Source: a virus (lineage: Duplodnaviria; Heunggongvirae; Uroviricota; Caudoviricetes). From it: DNA of 64,000 bases. The stretch lies in the IMG/VR virus record IMGVR_UViG_2636416131_000001, positions 32,831 through 96,830 of that record, one strand, 5' to 3'. Below, in pieces: positions 9,691 through 22,928 of this stretch. Every line of letters starts with the position of its first letter. Positions within the stretch are counted from its first letter, which is position 1. The translations under genes were made by a program, and so were the position numbers. The notes under the pieces were generated by a model that saw only the letters and a program-made list of their open reading frames with translations, ran no database searches and was not told where the DNA came from.

Positions 9691-9717
9691 TGGGTATGTT
9701 TCATTTTCATACCCATT
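9691..9717 (+). terminator. terminator hairpin after 9028..9669
   Basis: atgggtatg-tttcatttt-catacccat 9 bp stem followed by T-rich tract. Confidence 0.5.
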
Positions 9718-9763
9718 GATTTCTAGCTTGATTTGTTATTATATGTAACAACACATTAATCAT

Positions 9764-10903
9764 TTGAACTGGATGTTAGTAATGGGCAGTGAAGTATATC
9801 AAAGCCAAAAATGCGAACTTAAATATTCGAAATCTCAAATAGAAAAAGCAGCCAGAAAAATTAGACATGGTTGTGAGGGCGCAGAGCGAGAAGAAGCAAT
9901 TAAAATGATTCAAAATTTCCGCGAGCTTCATTTATATCCATTGATGCTAATGAAAAATCATCTTGATAGGGCTGCAAAAAAAGTTGATAAAGAGAATAAG
10001 ATTATTGTTGCAAGACGCCTAAAAAGACTTAGCACAATAATTGATAAACTGGAGCGTCCAAGTCTTGACGGCGGCGCAACAAATAATGCAATAGCCCTTA
10101 CTAGAATGCAGGATATTGGCGGATGTAGAGCTATAGTTAGAAACATCGAACAACTAAAGAAACTAAAAGACCGACTAGTTAAAAGTCGCTCCAAGCATAA
10201 AATCTTAAAGGAATATGACTATTTAACTCCAAAGCCAAGCGGATATAGTGGCATTCACCTTGCATATAGTTGTTTTGATGAAGAAAACGGTAACAATCCG
10301 TGGAGTAAAACTAAAATCGAAGTACAACTAAGAACAGAACTCCAACATGCTTGGGCAACAAGTCTGGAGATAATAGATACACTTGAAAATATTAAGCTGA
10401 AAACTTCTAATGAAGGTCACCCTGAGTGGAGAAGATTTTTTTATCTTTCTGGATGCCTAGTTGCTCATGATGAAGGTGCCTGTATTCTTGATGATGAAAC
10501 CATCAAAAATTATCAAACAGAGCTTAAAACATTGGAGGAGGCTTTATCTGTTCGCTCAAAATTAAGTACATATACATTTGCAATGAAGCTGACATCAGAT
10601 GCAAACCTAAAGAAAAGCCTGCCCAAAAACCATAATGGATTCTTTTTGGTGAGGATGAGAAACGCCATAACAAAAAATGGCAAGGATACTGGAAAGTTTC
10701 TTGTTTCTGTGAAACCTTTTAGGAAAAAAGAATCGGAACAAGCCCTCCAGGAACTTAATAAGGATGATGCGGATCCTGAAGTATTAATTGCGGTGCTGCT
10801 TGCCACTAACAACATTAAATCTCTTAAAAAGGCTTATCCTAACTATTTTGGGTCAACAAATCAGTTCGGGAGATTCCTTAGCAGACACATTGATACTGTG
10901 TAA
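9764..10903 (+). CDS. fused toxSAS toxin-antitoxin, CapRel-like (RelA/SpoT-type nucleotidyltransferase domain + C-terminal sensor/antitoxin region)
   Basis: 379 aa; synthetase motifs RRLKRLSTIIDKLER, MQDIGGCRAIV, GYSGIHLAY, EVQLRTELQHAWATSLE; visibly AT-rich versus flanks; sits where P1 carries res/mod. Confidence 0.8.
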   Translation: MNWMLVMGSEVYQSQKCELKYSKSQIEKAARKIRHGCEGAEREEAIKMIQNFRELHLYPLMLMKNHLDRAAKKVDKENKIIVARRLKRLSTIIDKLERPSLDGGATNNAIALTRMQDIGGCRAIVRNIEQLKKLKDRLVKSRSKHKILKEYDYLTPKPSGYSGIHLAYSCFDEENGNNPWSKTKIEVQLRTELQHAWATSLEIIDTLENIKLKTSNEGHPEWRRFFYLSGCLVAHDEGACILDDETIKNYQTELKTLEEALSVRSKLSTYTFAMKLTSDANLKKSLPKNHNGFFLVRMRNAITKNGKDTGKFLVSVKPFRKKESEQALQELNKDDADPEVLIAVLLATNNIKSLKKAYPNYFGSTNQFGRFLSRHIDTV

Positions 10904-10905
10904 AT

Positions 10906-10933
10906 TCCTATGCCTGGCTTAGCCAGGCATAGC
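10906..10933. terminator. bidirectional terminator hairpin between the toxSAS gene and lxc
   Basis: ctatgcctggc-ttagc-caggcatag. Confidence 0.55.
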
Positions 10934-10940
10934 CAAAGAT

Positions 10941-11189
10941 TTAATCAGCATTCAGGAGCAATGCGTTATCTATGATGATCTGCTCCCATTCTTCGAATGC
11001 CCGGTCGCGGACGCCCTGGGGAACGCTGTTAGTTTTGAAATCGACGACCGTACGCCATTTCCCGTCCGGACGGTACATGCGCAGAGCTTTACTTCCCCCT
11101 TCCCTGCGCACCTCAACGTTATGCTTATCAGCAAACTCTTGTAATGCTCGTAGCGTCCCATGCTTTACTGTGTAGTATCGCTTTTTCAA
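10941..11189 (-). CDS. lxc: Lxc (Bof) co-repressor
   Basis: 82 aa ORF downstream of ulx/darB on the same strand; size and synteny as in P1. Confidence 0.75.
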   Translation of the reverse strand: MKKRYYTVKHGTLRALQEFADKHNVEVRREGGSKALRMYRPDGKWRTVVDFKTNSVPQGVRDRAFEEWEQIIIDNALLLNAD

Positions 11190-11626
11190 GTTTTCTCTCC
11201 AGCCTGTGCCAAGGCTTCAACTTCCAAATCGTAAGACTCAAACTCATAGTCCTGGTCGTCAACTTCTTCAGGCACTGGCAGTAAATGCCAGGCTGAGTAT
11301 ATCTGACCATTATCAAAACGCTCCTGGCTGTAGAGCGTCGCGGCTATGAGTGTTAGCGCCGGGCGGTCATAACGGTAAATTTTGCGAACGTCACGGTCAA
11401 CGAGACGACCGAAATTACCATAACCGCGCTCCAGTAATAATTTTTTAATTTCCGGCCAGTATGGACCATAGCTGCGGTACAGGCGGGGATTTTTCAGTAA
11501 TCGCCCGCGTAGCCCTGACAGGAAGAAATCAACGTATTCGTCTTCTGTCTTTCCTAACAACGCTGTACGGAGTACCGCCTCAAGATATGTTTTATTCGGT
11601 TTTATTGTATCAGATAGTGTGGCCAT
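11186..11626 (-). CDS. ulx: Ulx
   Basis: 146 aa; start overlaps... stop overlaps lxc start by 4 nt; synteny darB-ulx-lxc. Confidence 0.7.
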   Translation of the reverse strand: MATLSDTIKPNKTYLEAVLRTALLGKTEDEYVDFFLSGLRGRLLKNPRLYRSYGPYWPEIKKLLLERGYGNFGRLVDRDVRKIYRYDRPALTLIAATLYSQERFDNGQIYSAWHLLPVPEEVDDQDYEFESYDLEVEALAQAGEKT

Positions 11627-11659
11627 ATTATGCGACGCCCGGCGAACCGGGCGCTCCTG

Positions 11660-14600
11660 TTATGCGTATTGTTGGATGACGGCCAGAACGTCCGCCACGT
11701 TGTGTTTTGTCTCGATAATCCACCAGTTACCCGGGAAATCGCTGTTCTTCGCCTTCGCTGGCAGCCAGCGAGCGCCGAATTTCGCCTTGATTGCGTCTTT
11801 CGCACGGAAAAGAACGCCTTTCATGCCTGAGGCTTCCTGAAGCCCAAATACCTCGCCAGCGGCGAATTTTGGTGCGTACATCATCTTCAGGTCGGCGGTG
11901 GATACGCGATAATTCAGACCAAGAGACTGAGCTATGCTGGTGGCATCACCCTGTATTGATGATAACTCTTCTTGTTTCTCGTTTCTGGCGGCAATCTCTT
12001 CCTCCGTGATGTTGCCAAGGGCCAGGTTTATCCGATCAGCGTCGGCCTGTTTCTCTTCATCGGTGCGCCCGGCAAGAACCGTGTTAATTCTCTGCAATAT
12101 CTCCACATGATTCTTGCGCATGCTGAGCAATTCCGGCGTAACCTCGTTAAGATCCACCAGCCCAAGGATGGCAAGGTCGGAAAACATTGATACCAGGTTG
12201 TAGGTCATGCGATAGCTGAGTTGACCATAGGCTGATGGCAACTTCACCGCATCCATTTGATAGGCATCCATAAATTTAGAGCCGTCGTTTACGACATCCG
12301 CTATTGCAGGTGTGATTTTCCCTGTGGTGGCGGCCTCCCTGATTGCTGTTACCCACGATTGAGTCAGCGCGGCGACTGCATGATTCAGATTGGCTTCCCG
12401 TTCTGCTGCGATGCGCGCGCTTGCTGCGTCCATTGCCTGCTTGATCTCGGCTTTATTGCTGTAAATGCCAATGGTGCCAAACTGTGCTGTGGTGATCTCA
12501 TAATCTGACGCCCGGAACTCATTGGTACCGAAAATGGCATTGGTGACTTCAAGTTCAGAATCCCCGTTACGAGTAGCCCCCTGGCTTGTTTTCTCCGGCA
12601 TTCTGGCGATCGCATCCGCTATTTTCTCCTGAATTGCTTCAGGGGATAGCGTATCTCCGTATGACGCGATTACATCGCCATAATTGGAGCCAAACAGTTC
12701 AACCAGGAATGCTTCTGCCGAACGGATCTGGCGGTTATTCCCTTCCGACATCATACCAAGCACCCATTTTGCAATTGACGACTTCAGCGCGCCGTCACGG
12801 CGATCCGGGTAAACCGCATGCTTCAGTGGGTCCGTATAGGTACCAACAAAATCAATGCTATAGCCTGACTCTGTAGTCTGAACGCCGTATGAGTCAGTGA
12901 TTTTGATCATGCCGCGCTGCTGGAAACGGTAGAAATCGTCACAGGAAACGATGTCGTTAATCCCGGCGATGGAGACGCCACCACTGATTTTCTGCATAAC
13001 AGCATCTTCATCGGGAGTTACATCAACCTGTTTATCCAGCGTCTTCACATCCCAGTTACCCGATTTGGTGCCTTTGAAGGTAAAGATGATCTCCACGTCT
13101 GCGCGCTGGCTGTCGAAGTCCAGCGACTTAATGCGAACGATATCACCGGCACAATCATAGTATTGGCCTACACGCCATGAGCGATCGCCGATAACAAGGA
13201 ACTCATTCGCATGGTTAACCAGATCAGGATCAACATCCAGAATGCCTTTATTTATTGCATCCTCCACCAGCGGGCGCAGGCGTTTGATATCCGTCGCGGC
13301 CTTCTGAGTACGGTTCAATAATTTCTCATAGCGGGAGATGGCCTGAGAGATATTAGCCTTGCGCTGAATGGCGCTTTTCAACGACGCGCGATACTGTGCT
13401 AACAACATACGGTCTGTGTGATGGACGCTACCCCAGCGGGCTTTCCAGTCTGCGTTATCAGCTGCTTTGGCCATTACCGCCTGTTTGAATTTGGCGACGT
13501 CGGCGGTGGTCTTTTCAAGTTCCGCTTTGCTTCGCTCCAATTCAGCGGTAAGTACCTCCACATCCTCACCAGCTGCGTGCTGCGCCTTGATGTAGTTCTG
13601 AAGGTCGATAGTAGCCTGTTCTTTCTGGCGAGCGCGTTTCGCAGCTTTCGCCTTATCCATTTGAACCTGCATCATTGCCAGACGTTCGCCGTCATCCTTC
13701 GCGGTATACATCTGCATTTCGATCATATCGTTGGCGTCGGCGTTCTCCATTTCTGACTTATCTGAACGGAGGATATCGGAGATCCAGCCTGCTTTACGCT
13801 TCAGCGTCTTCAGTCGGTATTCATCGAAAGACCCCTTGCCGCAGTAGTAGTGAACGCGAACGCTTGCACGGTTGGAGCCAACTCGGGCACCGCGACCGTT
13901 TCGTTGCGCAATACTGGCTGGAGTCCATGGCAACGTCAGATGATGGATGTCAGTCGTTCCTCGATGCAGGTTGATACCCACCTCTGCCTTTTTGTTGCAG
14001 ATGATGATCGGAGTCCGGCCCTCCTGGAAGTCGGCTGCAATCTTTTCCAGACCGCCCAACGACATTTCATTTTGCTGCGCGATATAGGCGTCATACAGAG
14101 CCATTTGCTCGTTGTATTTCGCTATCTGTGCATCTGTTGGTTCATCCGGTAACTCTTTCGGCGGTTTAACCGCTTTCAGTTTCTTACCGGTTTTACCTGC
14201 CTCGGCAACCGTCTGAGCATTCAGTATCCCCACCTTTGAAGGTTCAAGGTTAAGAGCATTGCAGATAATGCGCTTGAGCTTCTGGTGCTGCGTTTTTTCA
14301 TCGGTGAAGATGATTTGCTTACCTTCCGGGAAAAACTCCTTCAGCGTGGCAATCAGCTTCGCGTATTTGGGCGTAACGGGGTGAGTTACGGTCTGTTCGT
14401 CAATGCCAAACCTGGCCAGGCGCTTATTCACTTCCTGCTCGAACGCTTCCGGAACCTGCAACTGAATAAACTCGCCCTTATCTATCAGGGAGTATTGCGA
14501 TTGCTGCGTGATTGAATCATCACTGTCGTCGTCTTCGCTGGTGGCTTGTTTAGGCAAACTGTCCGCCAGCTGCTGCACCGCATCGGCGTACTCCGGCAGG

Positions 14601-17600
14601 AAACGATAGGTGATCCGGCGATAGTACAGGTCCATGTCAGTACATACGCGGTCCATATCCCTGATTATTGAGAAGATCGGACGGGCTTTCTCGTGCTCAA
14701 TCACGCCGTCTTCATTGACCGAGGTCGTTACGCCATTGTTGGCTTTGGCCGCCGCTTCCGCCTGCTGACGCAATTCTTCATACGCCGCCAGTTGTTCTTC
14801 AGTAAGTGGTGCATCCTGCTGGTGTTCGTCCAGCTCCGGGATCTCCACGGTATCCTTAACGTCTTCCGCCGTTTTAAGCGTTACCCAGCGATGGAATATA
14901 CCGCGCAGCGCATCAAGGTTTTCAAAGCCCACCAGCGCCATTTTTTCTTCAACTTCACCGCTAATTTTCTGTACCGTTTCCAGCCTGGTCTTGCCGAAGA
15001 ATTTAACGAAGTCATCAGGACCGTAGATCCCCATGTTCTGCCAGTATTCCTTCGGCAGAACATGAGAAAGCATGTTGTATGCATCGATCGGGGTGTTAAC
15101 GACTGGCGTTGCAGTCAGGAGAACCGGCCCGCGCCCACCATTCTTTTTCATCAGGTACGCGTTTTTAATTGCCATATCTCGCGCCGATTGCGCCACCGCG
15201 CTGGTGGGCAGATAGGCCAGTTGTGACGCTTCGCGACCATTTTTATAGCTATTGCGGTAGTTGTGACCTTCGTCAGCGATCACACTATCGAAGCCCATAT
15301 CCTCAAAGTACGGATACTTCTCTGCTTTTTCGGTGCCGGTATCTGAATACTCCGACAATACCCGGCGACGCGCGGCCTCTTTGCGGTGGGAGTCGGAGTC
15401 CATTGCGCTGGCTACGCGTCCGGCGGCAACGAAGTCATAAAGCATATCCTGTGCATGCTCATCTACGGTGTCATCACGTAGCGGAATGCGGGCGTATTGT
15501 TCTTTGGTAAACACGACTGCACGGTAATTTGAGTGCGGGATCGCGTTCATCCGCGCCGTGATAGTGGCTTCATCTGCCAGCTTAAGAGCATCGCGCATAA
15601 CTGGAGTGCCATCAGTACCAAGAACAGGTTTACCGTTCTCATCGAGCACCTGCACCTGGCGAATCTGATCGCCATCCATCAGCACATCAAGACCGACGAA
15701 CAGGTAGTTACTGAATGCCTCTTCACTCAGGAATTCTTTTGCTTCGTAATACCAGTTTTCCAGCACTGATTTAGGCACTACATACGCAGTACGGGTGGAG
15801 CGACCGTTCTCATAGTTGAACGCCTCAAGCGCCAGCGCGGTCGTGGTTTTACCCAGCCCGGTGCCGAAGCCCAGGATGCCGCGCCCATCTTCGGACAGTC
15901 GGCGCACCTCGCTATTCTGGTAATCAAATGGCTGGCGCTTACCGCTTAATCCCTTCAACCCAAGCGGATCGCCAGAGTGTTCATACGGGATATTGCTATT
16001 GAACACATCGTTGTATTTAGCAACCAGCTCATCGTAGCGATCGTGCGTCTTGATCCACTTATTGAACTGGTCCTCAAGCAGTGCCATCTGCTCGCGGTAG
16101 CCGTTCGCCGTCGCGCTATCTTTGCCACCGATACGCGCACCATTGAGATACTTTTCCAGCTGTGCCGGGAACCCGGTCGCGTTTTCACCTGATTTACGGT
16201 CCCACTCGTAGCGGATCTCGCCTGTTTCTTTATCCTTACGCTGGACGACACCGTATCGGTGCCCGACGAACAGGCCATCACCACCGTGATAGGTGTCAGA
16301 AACCATTTCGTCGCCTTCCAGCTGCACTGACTGCACATAGCGCAGATCCGGATAGCCGTTTTCCTGCAAAAACTCCAGAATGACGGAACGGTCGAACCAA
16401 CGGCTATTGAGCTTAAAGCGGATATTCTCTGCTGGCGTCTTGATGCGCTTCTCTTCGATCGCTGCCAGCTGATTAAGGACGTTGTTCTTTACTGGACCGT
16501 CGGGGAGCGTGGCGAGGAATTCCTGTTTTGGAGCCACTATCTCGTTAATGTCGCCGCTGGTGGCGCGGGCGAACGGAACAATCCCGCCATACGGTGAAAC
16601 CGCAATGCCAGGGGTGCTGGCCAATAAATTAAGCAACTCGTCATCACTGGCTGGCAGTTCGCCGGTAAACGCAAGGCGGAAATCATCGAGCTGGATTGGA
16701 TCGCGAGTGAGATCACTGTAGAGATAACGCAGGGTGTCCTGATAGCTGGTGGAGTCATAACTGGCGCTGGAATCATGCGTAACCAGTTTTCCTGTCAGCT
16801 CGTCAGAAATAGTGCCATCCAGCTTAATTGCACCACGGAAAGCAAACCAGGCGCGCGCACCGCTCCCCGATAATTTCGCTATCGGACCGCGACCGGGGTT
16901 ACCAAAACGGTCAATCTCTGCCTGCAAACGGAATACCAGAGAAAGGCGCTGCTGTTCGATTTGTTCAGCACTATGCCCGGCGGCCTTCATGTCCTGATAT
17001 TCAATTAACATCCGGCCAATCATCGCCCCGCGATACAAGCGTTCACGGTATTTTTCAGGCTGGCTGTTAATCCAGTCCACCAGCTGCACCATATCGTCGC
17101 TGATTGATGTGGTGTACTTATCGCGGACATTTGCCATCTGGGTAAATGTCATGCCGAGACGGCCTTCTGTTGTAGTCAGGTTACGCTGAAGAGCCTCCCA
17201 GCTATCCGCGCCATAACTGGCAGCATCGATCTTAAGTTCCTTCCCTGCATCAGCTTCAATCCAGCGACCACCAGCATATTTTTGCCATACGCCATTAATC
17301 AGGCGCATTTCCCCTTCACCAACAACGTCTGCGGTCGGTGACGGTTCAGCCATATCGAGCAAAGACCAGTCGATACGGCTTTCGAAACGATGAATCAGCT
17401 TCGCTTTAAGAGCCTGGTTATCAATCTGACCGTCGGCACGAACCTCAATACGCCCCTGGAAGCCCTTTTCCTGGGTGCCATGAACAAACCGGCGGCCGTC
17501 CTTTTCAAACCACTTGCCAGAAATAAACGTTGGCCAAAGCACATTTGCCGATTCGAGAGTGCTTTCATCCACCAGGGGGATTTTCTCAGCCATCTCTGCC

Positions 17601-18427
17601 GGATGTTTGCGCATCAGCACCACATCAACAACTGTACTGGTCCCGTTTGCGTCAAAAGTACCGGTAGGCAAGCGGTGGGCACCAAGAAATTCAGCTTTCC
17701 GTGATAGGCGCAGGCGTAACCGTTTCATGTTTGAACCTGAAACAATGGACGGCGGCACAATCACACACATGAATCCGCCAGGTTTTATCTTGTCCAGCAT
17801 GCGGAGCATGAAGTAAGACCCCATGTCCGTTTCTTCTGCGTAAGGCTTATCGATGTTGCGTGTGTTATCACGACCGCCGAACGGAACGTTACCCACAACA
17901 TGGTCGAATGAATCGTTAGGCGTGTTTATAGCCAGCTGTTCGAACGGGGAAATCTGTACGCTGTCTTCCGGGTGTAACAACTGGTTTATACGACCGGAAA
18001 CACTGCTGATCTCAGTCGCGGTCATCACCGTACCAACCGGTTTTGTCTCATTAAAAACGCCGGTTCCCGCCGATGGTTCCAGAGTGTTACCTACGTCCGC
18101 GCCGTAGAGCTTCATGATCTCCCAGACACCTTCAGCGATAGGCTTTGGTGTGTAATATTCGGAGACGGACCCGCCAATGCCGCCTTCACCAGTGTACCCG
18201 GCCAGGATCTGGCGCTGTTCATCTGTCAGTGTCGCGCCGTCCACCAGCGAATTAAGCAAATCTATCGCCTTCTGATTCGCCTCCCGGCGCAGTCGGTCAT
18301 AGCTTTTGCCTTCCACCTTTTCCACGCCGTATTTAATCGGCGCTCGGTGAGATGTTATTGCCCTAATGTATTTCAATATTTCGCTGACACTTGAACAGCG
18401 AAACACACCAATAGATAGCTTGTTCAT
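11660..18427 (-). CDS. darB: DarB antirestriction protein (N6-adenine methyltransferase-like + SF2 helicase-like domains)
   Basis: 2255 aa; LEPSAGTGVF and GNVPFG methyltransferase-like motifs; GFGTGLGKTT Walker A and ADEGH box. Confidence 0.9.
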   Translation of the reverse strand: MNKLSIGVFRCSSVSEILKYIRAITSHRAPIKYGVEKVEGKSYDRLRREANQKAIDLLNSLVDGATLTDEQRQILAGYTGEGGIGGSVSEYYTPKPIAEGVWEIMKLYGADVGNTLEPSAGTGVFNETKPVGTVMTATEISSVSGRINQLLHPEDSVQISPFEQLAINTPNDSFDHVVGNVPFGGRDNTRNIDKPYAEETDMGSYFMLRMLDKIKPGGFMCVIVPPSIVSGSNMKRLRLRLSRKAEFLGAHRLPTGTFDANGTSTVVDVVLMRKHPAEMAEKIPLVDESTLESANVLWPTFISGKWFEKDGRRFVHGTQEKGFQGRIEVRADGQIDNQALKAKLIHRFESRIDWSLLDMAEPSPTADVVGEGEMRLINGVWQKYAGGRWIEADAGKELKIDAASYGADSWEALQRNLTTTEGRLGMTFTQMANVRDKYTTSISDDMVQLVDWINSQPEKYRERLYRGAMIGRMLIEYQDMKAAGHSAEQIEQQRLSLVFRLQAEIDRFGNPGRGPIAKLSGSGARAWFAFRGAIKLDGTISDELTGKLVTHDSSASYDSTSYQDTLRYLYSDLTRDPIQLDDFRLAFTGELPASDDELLNLLASTPGIAVSPYGGIVPFARATSGDINEIVAPKQEFLATLPDGPVKNNVLNQLAAIEEKRIKTPAENIRFKLNSRWFDRSVILEFLQENGYPDLRYVQSVQLEGDEMVSDTYHGGDGLFVGHRYGVVQRKDKETGEIRYEWDRKSGENATGFPAQLEKYLNGARIGGKDSATANGYREQMALLEDQFNKWIKTHDRYDELVAKYNDVFNSNIPYEHSGDPLGLKGLSGKRQPFDYQNSEVRRLSEDGRGILGFGTGLGKTTTALALEAFNYENGRSTRTAYVVPKSVLENWYYEAKEFLSEEAFSNYLFVGLDVLMDGDQIRQVQVLDENGKPVLGTDGTPVMRDALKLADEATITARMNAIPHSNYRAVVFTKEQYARIPLRDDTVDEHAQDMLYDFVAAGRVASAMDSDSHRKEAARRRVLSEYSDTGTEKAEKYPYFEDMGFDSVIADEGHNYRNSYKNGREASQLAYLPTSAVAQSARDMAIKNAYLMKKNGGRGPVLLTATPVVNTPIDAYNMLSHVLPKEYWQNMGIYGPDDFVKFFGKTRLETVQKISGEVEEKMALVGFENLDALRGIFHRWVTLKTAEDVKDTVEIPELDEHQQDAPLTEEQLAAYEELRQQAEAAAKANNGVTTSVNEDGVIEHEKARPIFSIIRDMDRVCTDMDLYYRRITYRFLPEYADAVQQLADSLPKQATSEDDDSDDSITQQSQYSLIDKGEFIQLQVPEAFEQEVNKRLARFGIDEQTVTHPVTPKYAKLIATLKEFFPEGKQIIFTDEKTQHQKLKRIICNALNLEPSKVGILNAQTVAEAGKTGKKLKAVKPPKELPDEPTDAQIAKYNEQMALYDAYIAQQNEMSLGGLEKIAADFQEGRTPIIICNKKAEVGINLHRGTTDIHHLTLPWTPASIAQRNGRGARVGSNRASVRVHYYCGKGSFDEYRLKTLKRKAGWISDILRSDKSEMENADANDMIEMQMYTAKDDGERLAMMQVQMDKAKAAKRARQKEQATIDLQNYIKAQHAAGEDVEVLTAELERSKAELEKTTADVAKFKQAVMAKAADNADWKARWGSVHHTDRMLLAQYRASLKSAIQRKANISQAISRYEKLLNRTQKAATDIKRLRPLVEDAINKGILDVDPDLVNHANEFLVIGDRSWRVGQYYDCAGDIVRIKSLDFDSQRADVEIIFTFKGTKSGNWDVKTLDKQVDVTPDEDAVMQKISGGVSIAGINDIVSCDDFYRFQQRGMIKITDSYGVQTTESGYSIDFVGTYTDPLKHAVYPDRRDGALKSSIAKWVLGMMSEGNNRQIRSAEAFLVELFGSNYGDVIASYGDTLSPEAIQEKIADAIARMPEKTSQGATRNGDSELEVTNAIFGTNEFRASDYEITTAQFGTIGIYSNKAEIKQAMDAASARIAAEREANLNHAVAALTQSWVTAIREAATTGKITPAIADVVNDGSKFMDAYQMDAVKLPSAYGQLSYRMTYNLVSMFSDLAILGLVDLNEVTPELLSMRKNHVEILQRINTVLAGRTDEEKQADADRINLALGNITEEEIAARNEKQEELSSIQGDATSIAQSLGLNYRVSTADLKMMYAPKFAAGEVFGLQEASGMKGVLFRAKDAIKAKFGARWLPAKAKNSDFPGNWWIIETKHNVADVLAVIQQYA

Positions 18428-18493
18428 TGGTAATCCTTAACAAGTGACTAGTGTTAAATTCCGTTCAAACACGATGCGAATTATTCTAATTAA

Positions 18494-21224
<2,731 letters not shown>

Positions 21225-21236
21225 CCACCAAAAATA

Positions 21237-21257
21237 ACCCCGGCGGCTGCCGGGGTT
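21237..21257. terminator. bidirectional terminator after pro
   Basis: aaccccggc-ggct-gccggggtt. Confidence 0.6.
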
Positions 21258-21268
21258 ATCGTTAACTA

Positions 21269-21523
21269 TTATCGCCTTCGCCTGCGTGCCATATATTTGC
21301 GCACCGCGCGGCGTGGACAATCTGAAGCGGTTTCTTTCTGCTGCATCAATCTTGCAGCCATGCTCAAAAATGTCAGGCACAGTCGAAGCCCAGCATACAA
21401 TAGCGGTTCCAGTGGCCACGTCTCATTGAGCACATATACCGCCATGAAAATCGAGTCGAAAACTATCGCCGCCAGCGATAACTTCATTGTCGAAAGTCGG
21501 CGGAGCTGCCGGAGTTTATTCAT
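21269..21523 (-). CDS. hypothetical small membrane protein distal to lyz
   Basis: 84 aa, hydrophobic core, Arg-rich C-terminus; overlaps lyz stop by 8 nt. Confidence 0.3.
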   Translation of the reverse strand: MNKLRQLRRLSTMKLSLAAIVFDSIFMAVYVLNETWPLEPLLYAGLRLCLTFLSMAARLMQQKETASDCPRRAVRKYMARRRRR

Positions 21524-22073
21524 TGACCAGTCCCGTCAGGCAAAGCTGGCGTTCTTTTTCACGGCGAATCTTTAAACCTCGCAGGGGCACGCCGTTACTG
21601 TTCACGAAATCAGGGAGATGGTTACACATATTCACCCATTCCCCTTTCTGCGCCCACTTGTGGATGGACGTTTCTACTCGCATGCCTCGCGCTTTGCTGT
21701 AGTAGGTCCGTAAGCTATTGCATCCCATATTGAATGCCGCGCTTGTCATTGCACTGAAGGCATTATCGGGCATGTCTTTGCCCCGGAAGTGCTGATTAAT
21801 ACAGCGTTCAGCGATCAGGATATTCTTTTCCCAATCAGCGGCGATTTGCTGGTCGTTTTTTCGCACACCCGGCGTTACCCCGTGTGTATTACCGATCCCG
21901 TCAGTCCATACCCCCGCCGGGCACATGTATGGATCACGTCGGCAACCTTCAGCGTTACCAATCAGCTCAAGCCCCGCCTGGTTGGTTCGCACATTGCCAT
22001 TACCCATCACGATGGTAATCATCACCGCGATAGCGCAAATTGCACCGCCTCCTGCGGCTGTTTTTCCCTTCAT
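21516..22073 (-). CDS. lyz: SAR endolysin (T4 lysozyme family)
   Basis: 185 aa from MKGKTAAGGGAICAIAVMITIV (Gly/Ala-rich SAR helix) with GAGG SD; the track ORF extends 14 codons upstream. Confidence 0.9.
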   Translation of the reverse strand: MKGKTAAGGGAICAIAVMITIVMGNGNVRTNQAGLELIGNAEGCRRDPYMCPAGVWTDGIGNTHGVTPGVRKNDQQIAADWEKNILIAERCINQHFRGKDMPDNAFSAMTSAAFNMGCNSLRTYYSKARGMRVETSIHKWAQKGEWVNMCNHLPDFVNSNGVPLRGLKIRREKERQLCLTGLVNE

Positions 22074-22206
22074 AAAGACCTCATAAGCGAATTTTTTACG
22101 CTCCAGGACAAACACTCATTCACAGCCAATACCGACTGACTCGATCCCTTTAGAAGGCACAGGATAATGCAAATCACTTGTTAGCTACGTTTCAAAGATA
22201 TACATT

Positions 22207-22223
22207 ATTGCTCTAATTAATTT
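22207..22223 (+). promoter_or_regulatory. C1 operator upstream of ssb
   Basis: ATTGCTCTAATTAATTT, 16/17. Confidence 0.65.
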
Positions 22224-22242
22224 ATTTTATTAGGTAAGATAA

Positions 22243-22731
22243 GTGGCACAACGCGGTGTAAACAAAGTCATCCTGATTGGTACCCTGGGGCAAGACCCGG
22301 AGATCAGGTATATACCAAATGGCGGAGCGGTCGGAAGACTCAGCATCGCAACGAATGAATCATGGCGCGACAAGCAAACGGGCCTACAGAAAGAGCAAAC
22401 AGAATGGCATAAAGTCGTTTTGTTCGGAAAACTTGCTGAAATTGCGAGTGAGTATTTACGAAAAGGTTCTCAGGTCTACATCGAAGGGAAACTTAAAACC
22501 CGTAAGTGGACAGATGACGCCGGTGTAGAACGTTACACGACGGAAATTATCGTCAGCCAGGGCGGCACCATGCAAATGATCGGCGCTCGCCGTGACGATT
22601 CACAGTCCTCAAATGGCTGGGGGCAATCAAACCAACCTCAAAACCACCAGCAATACAGTGGTGGCGGTAAACCTCAGAGCAACGCCAATAACGAACCTCC
22701 AATGGACTTTGACGACGATATTCCGTTTTGA
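22243..22731 (+). CDS. ssb: single-stranded DNA-binding protein
   Basis: GTG start with AGGTAAG SD; N-terminal OB-fold sequence, Gly/Gln-rich linker, acidic DFDDDIPF tail. Confidence 0.95.
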   Translation: MAQRGVNKVILIGTLGQDPEIRYIPNGGAVGRLSIATNESWRDKQTGLQKEQTEWHKVVLFGKLAEIASEYLRKGSQVYIEGKLKTRKWTDDAGVERYTTEIIVSQGGTMQMIGARRDDSQSSNGWGQSNQPQNHQQYSGGGKPQSNANNEPPMDFDDDIPF

Positions 22732-22928
22732 ATGTGTAAAAAACGACTGAAAGAAAAGCGGTGGTCCAGACGCCGACAAAAGCACGAACTCGCAAACAAA
22801 CGCCAAAGTTGGCAATGGCACACGCTTTTCACGAAAAGAACACCCCGAGATATTGCGTTCGCTGGTGGGAAAACATTCCTGACCCACCTGAAGGCGCAAT
22901 ACATCAGGTTTTAAGCAGAGGAAAGACT

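Noticed and set aside
11972-17816. Many 60-180 aa plus-strand ORFs inside the darB region (e.g. 14693..15226, 13418..13756)
   Set aside because: They are antisense shadows of a continuous 2255-codon minus-strand CDS with clear enzyme motifs; none has a convincing SD.
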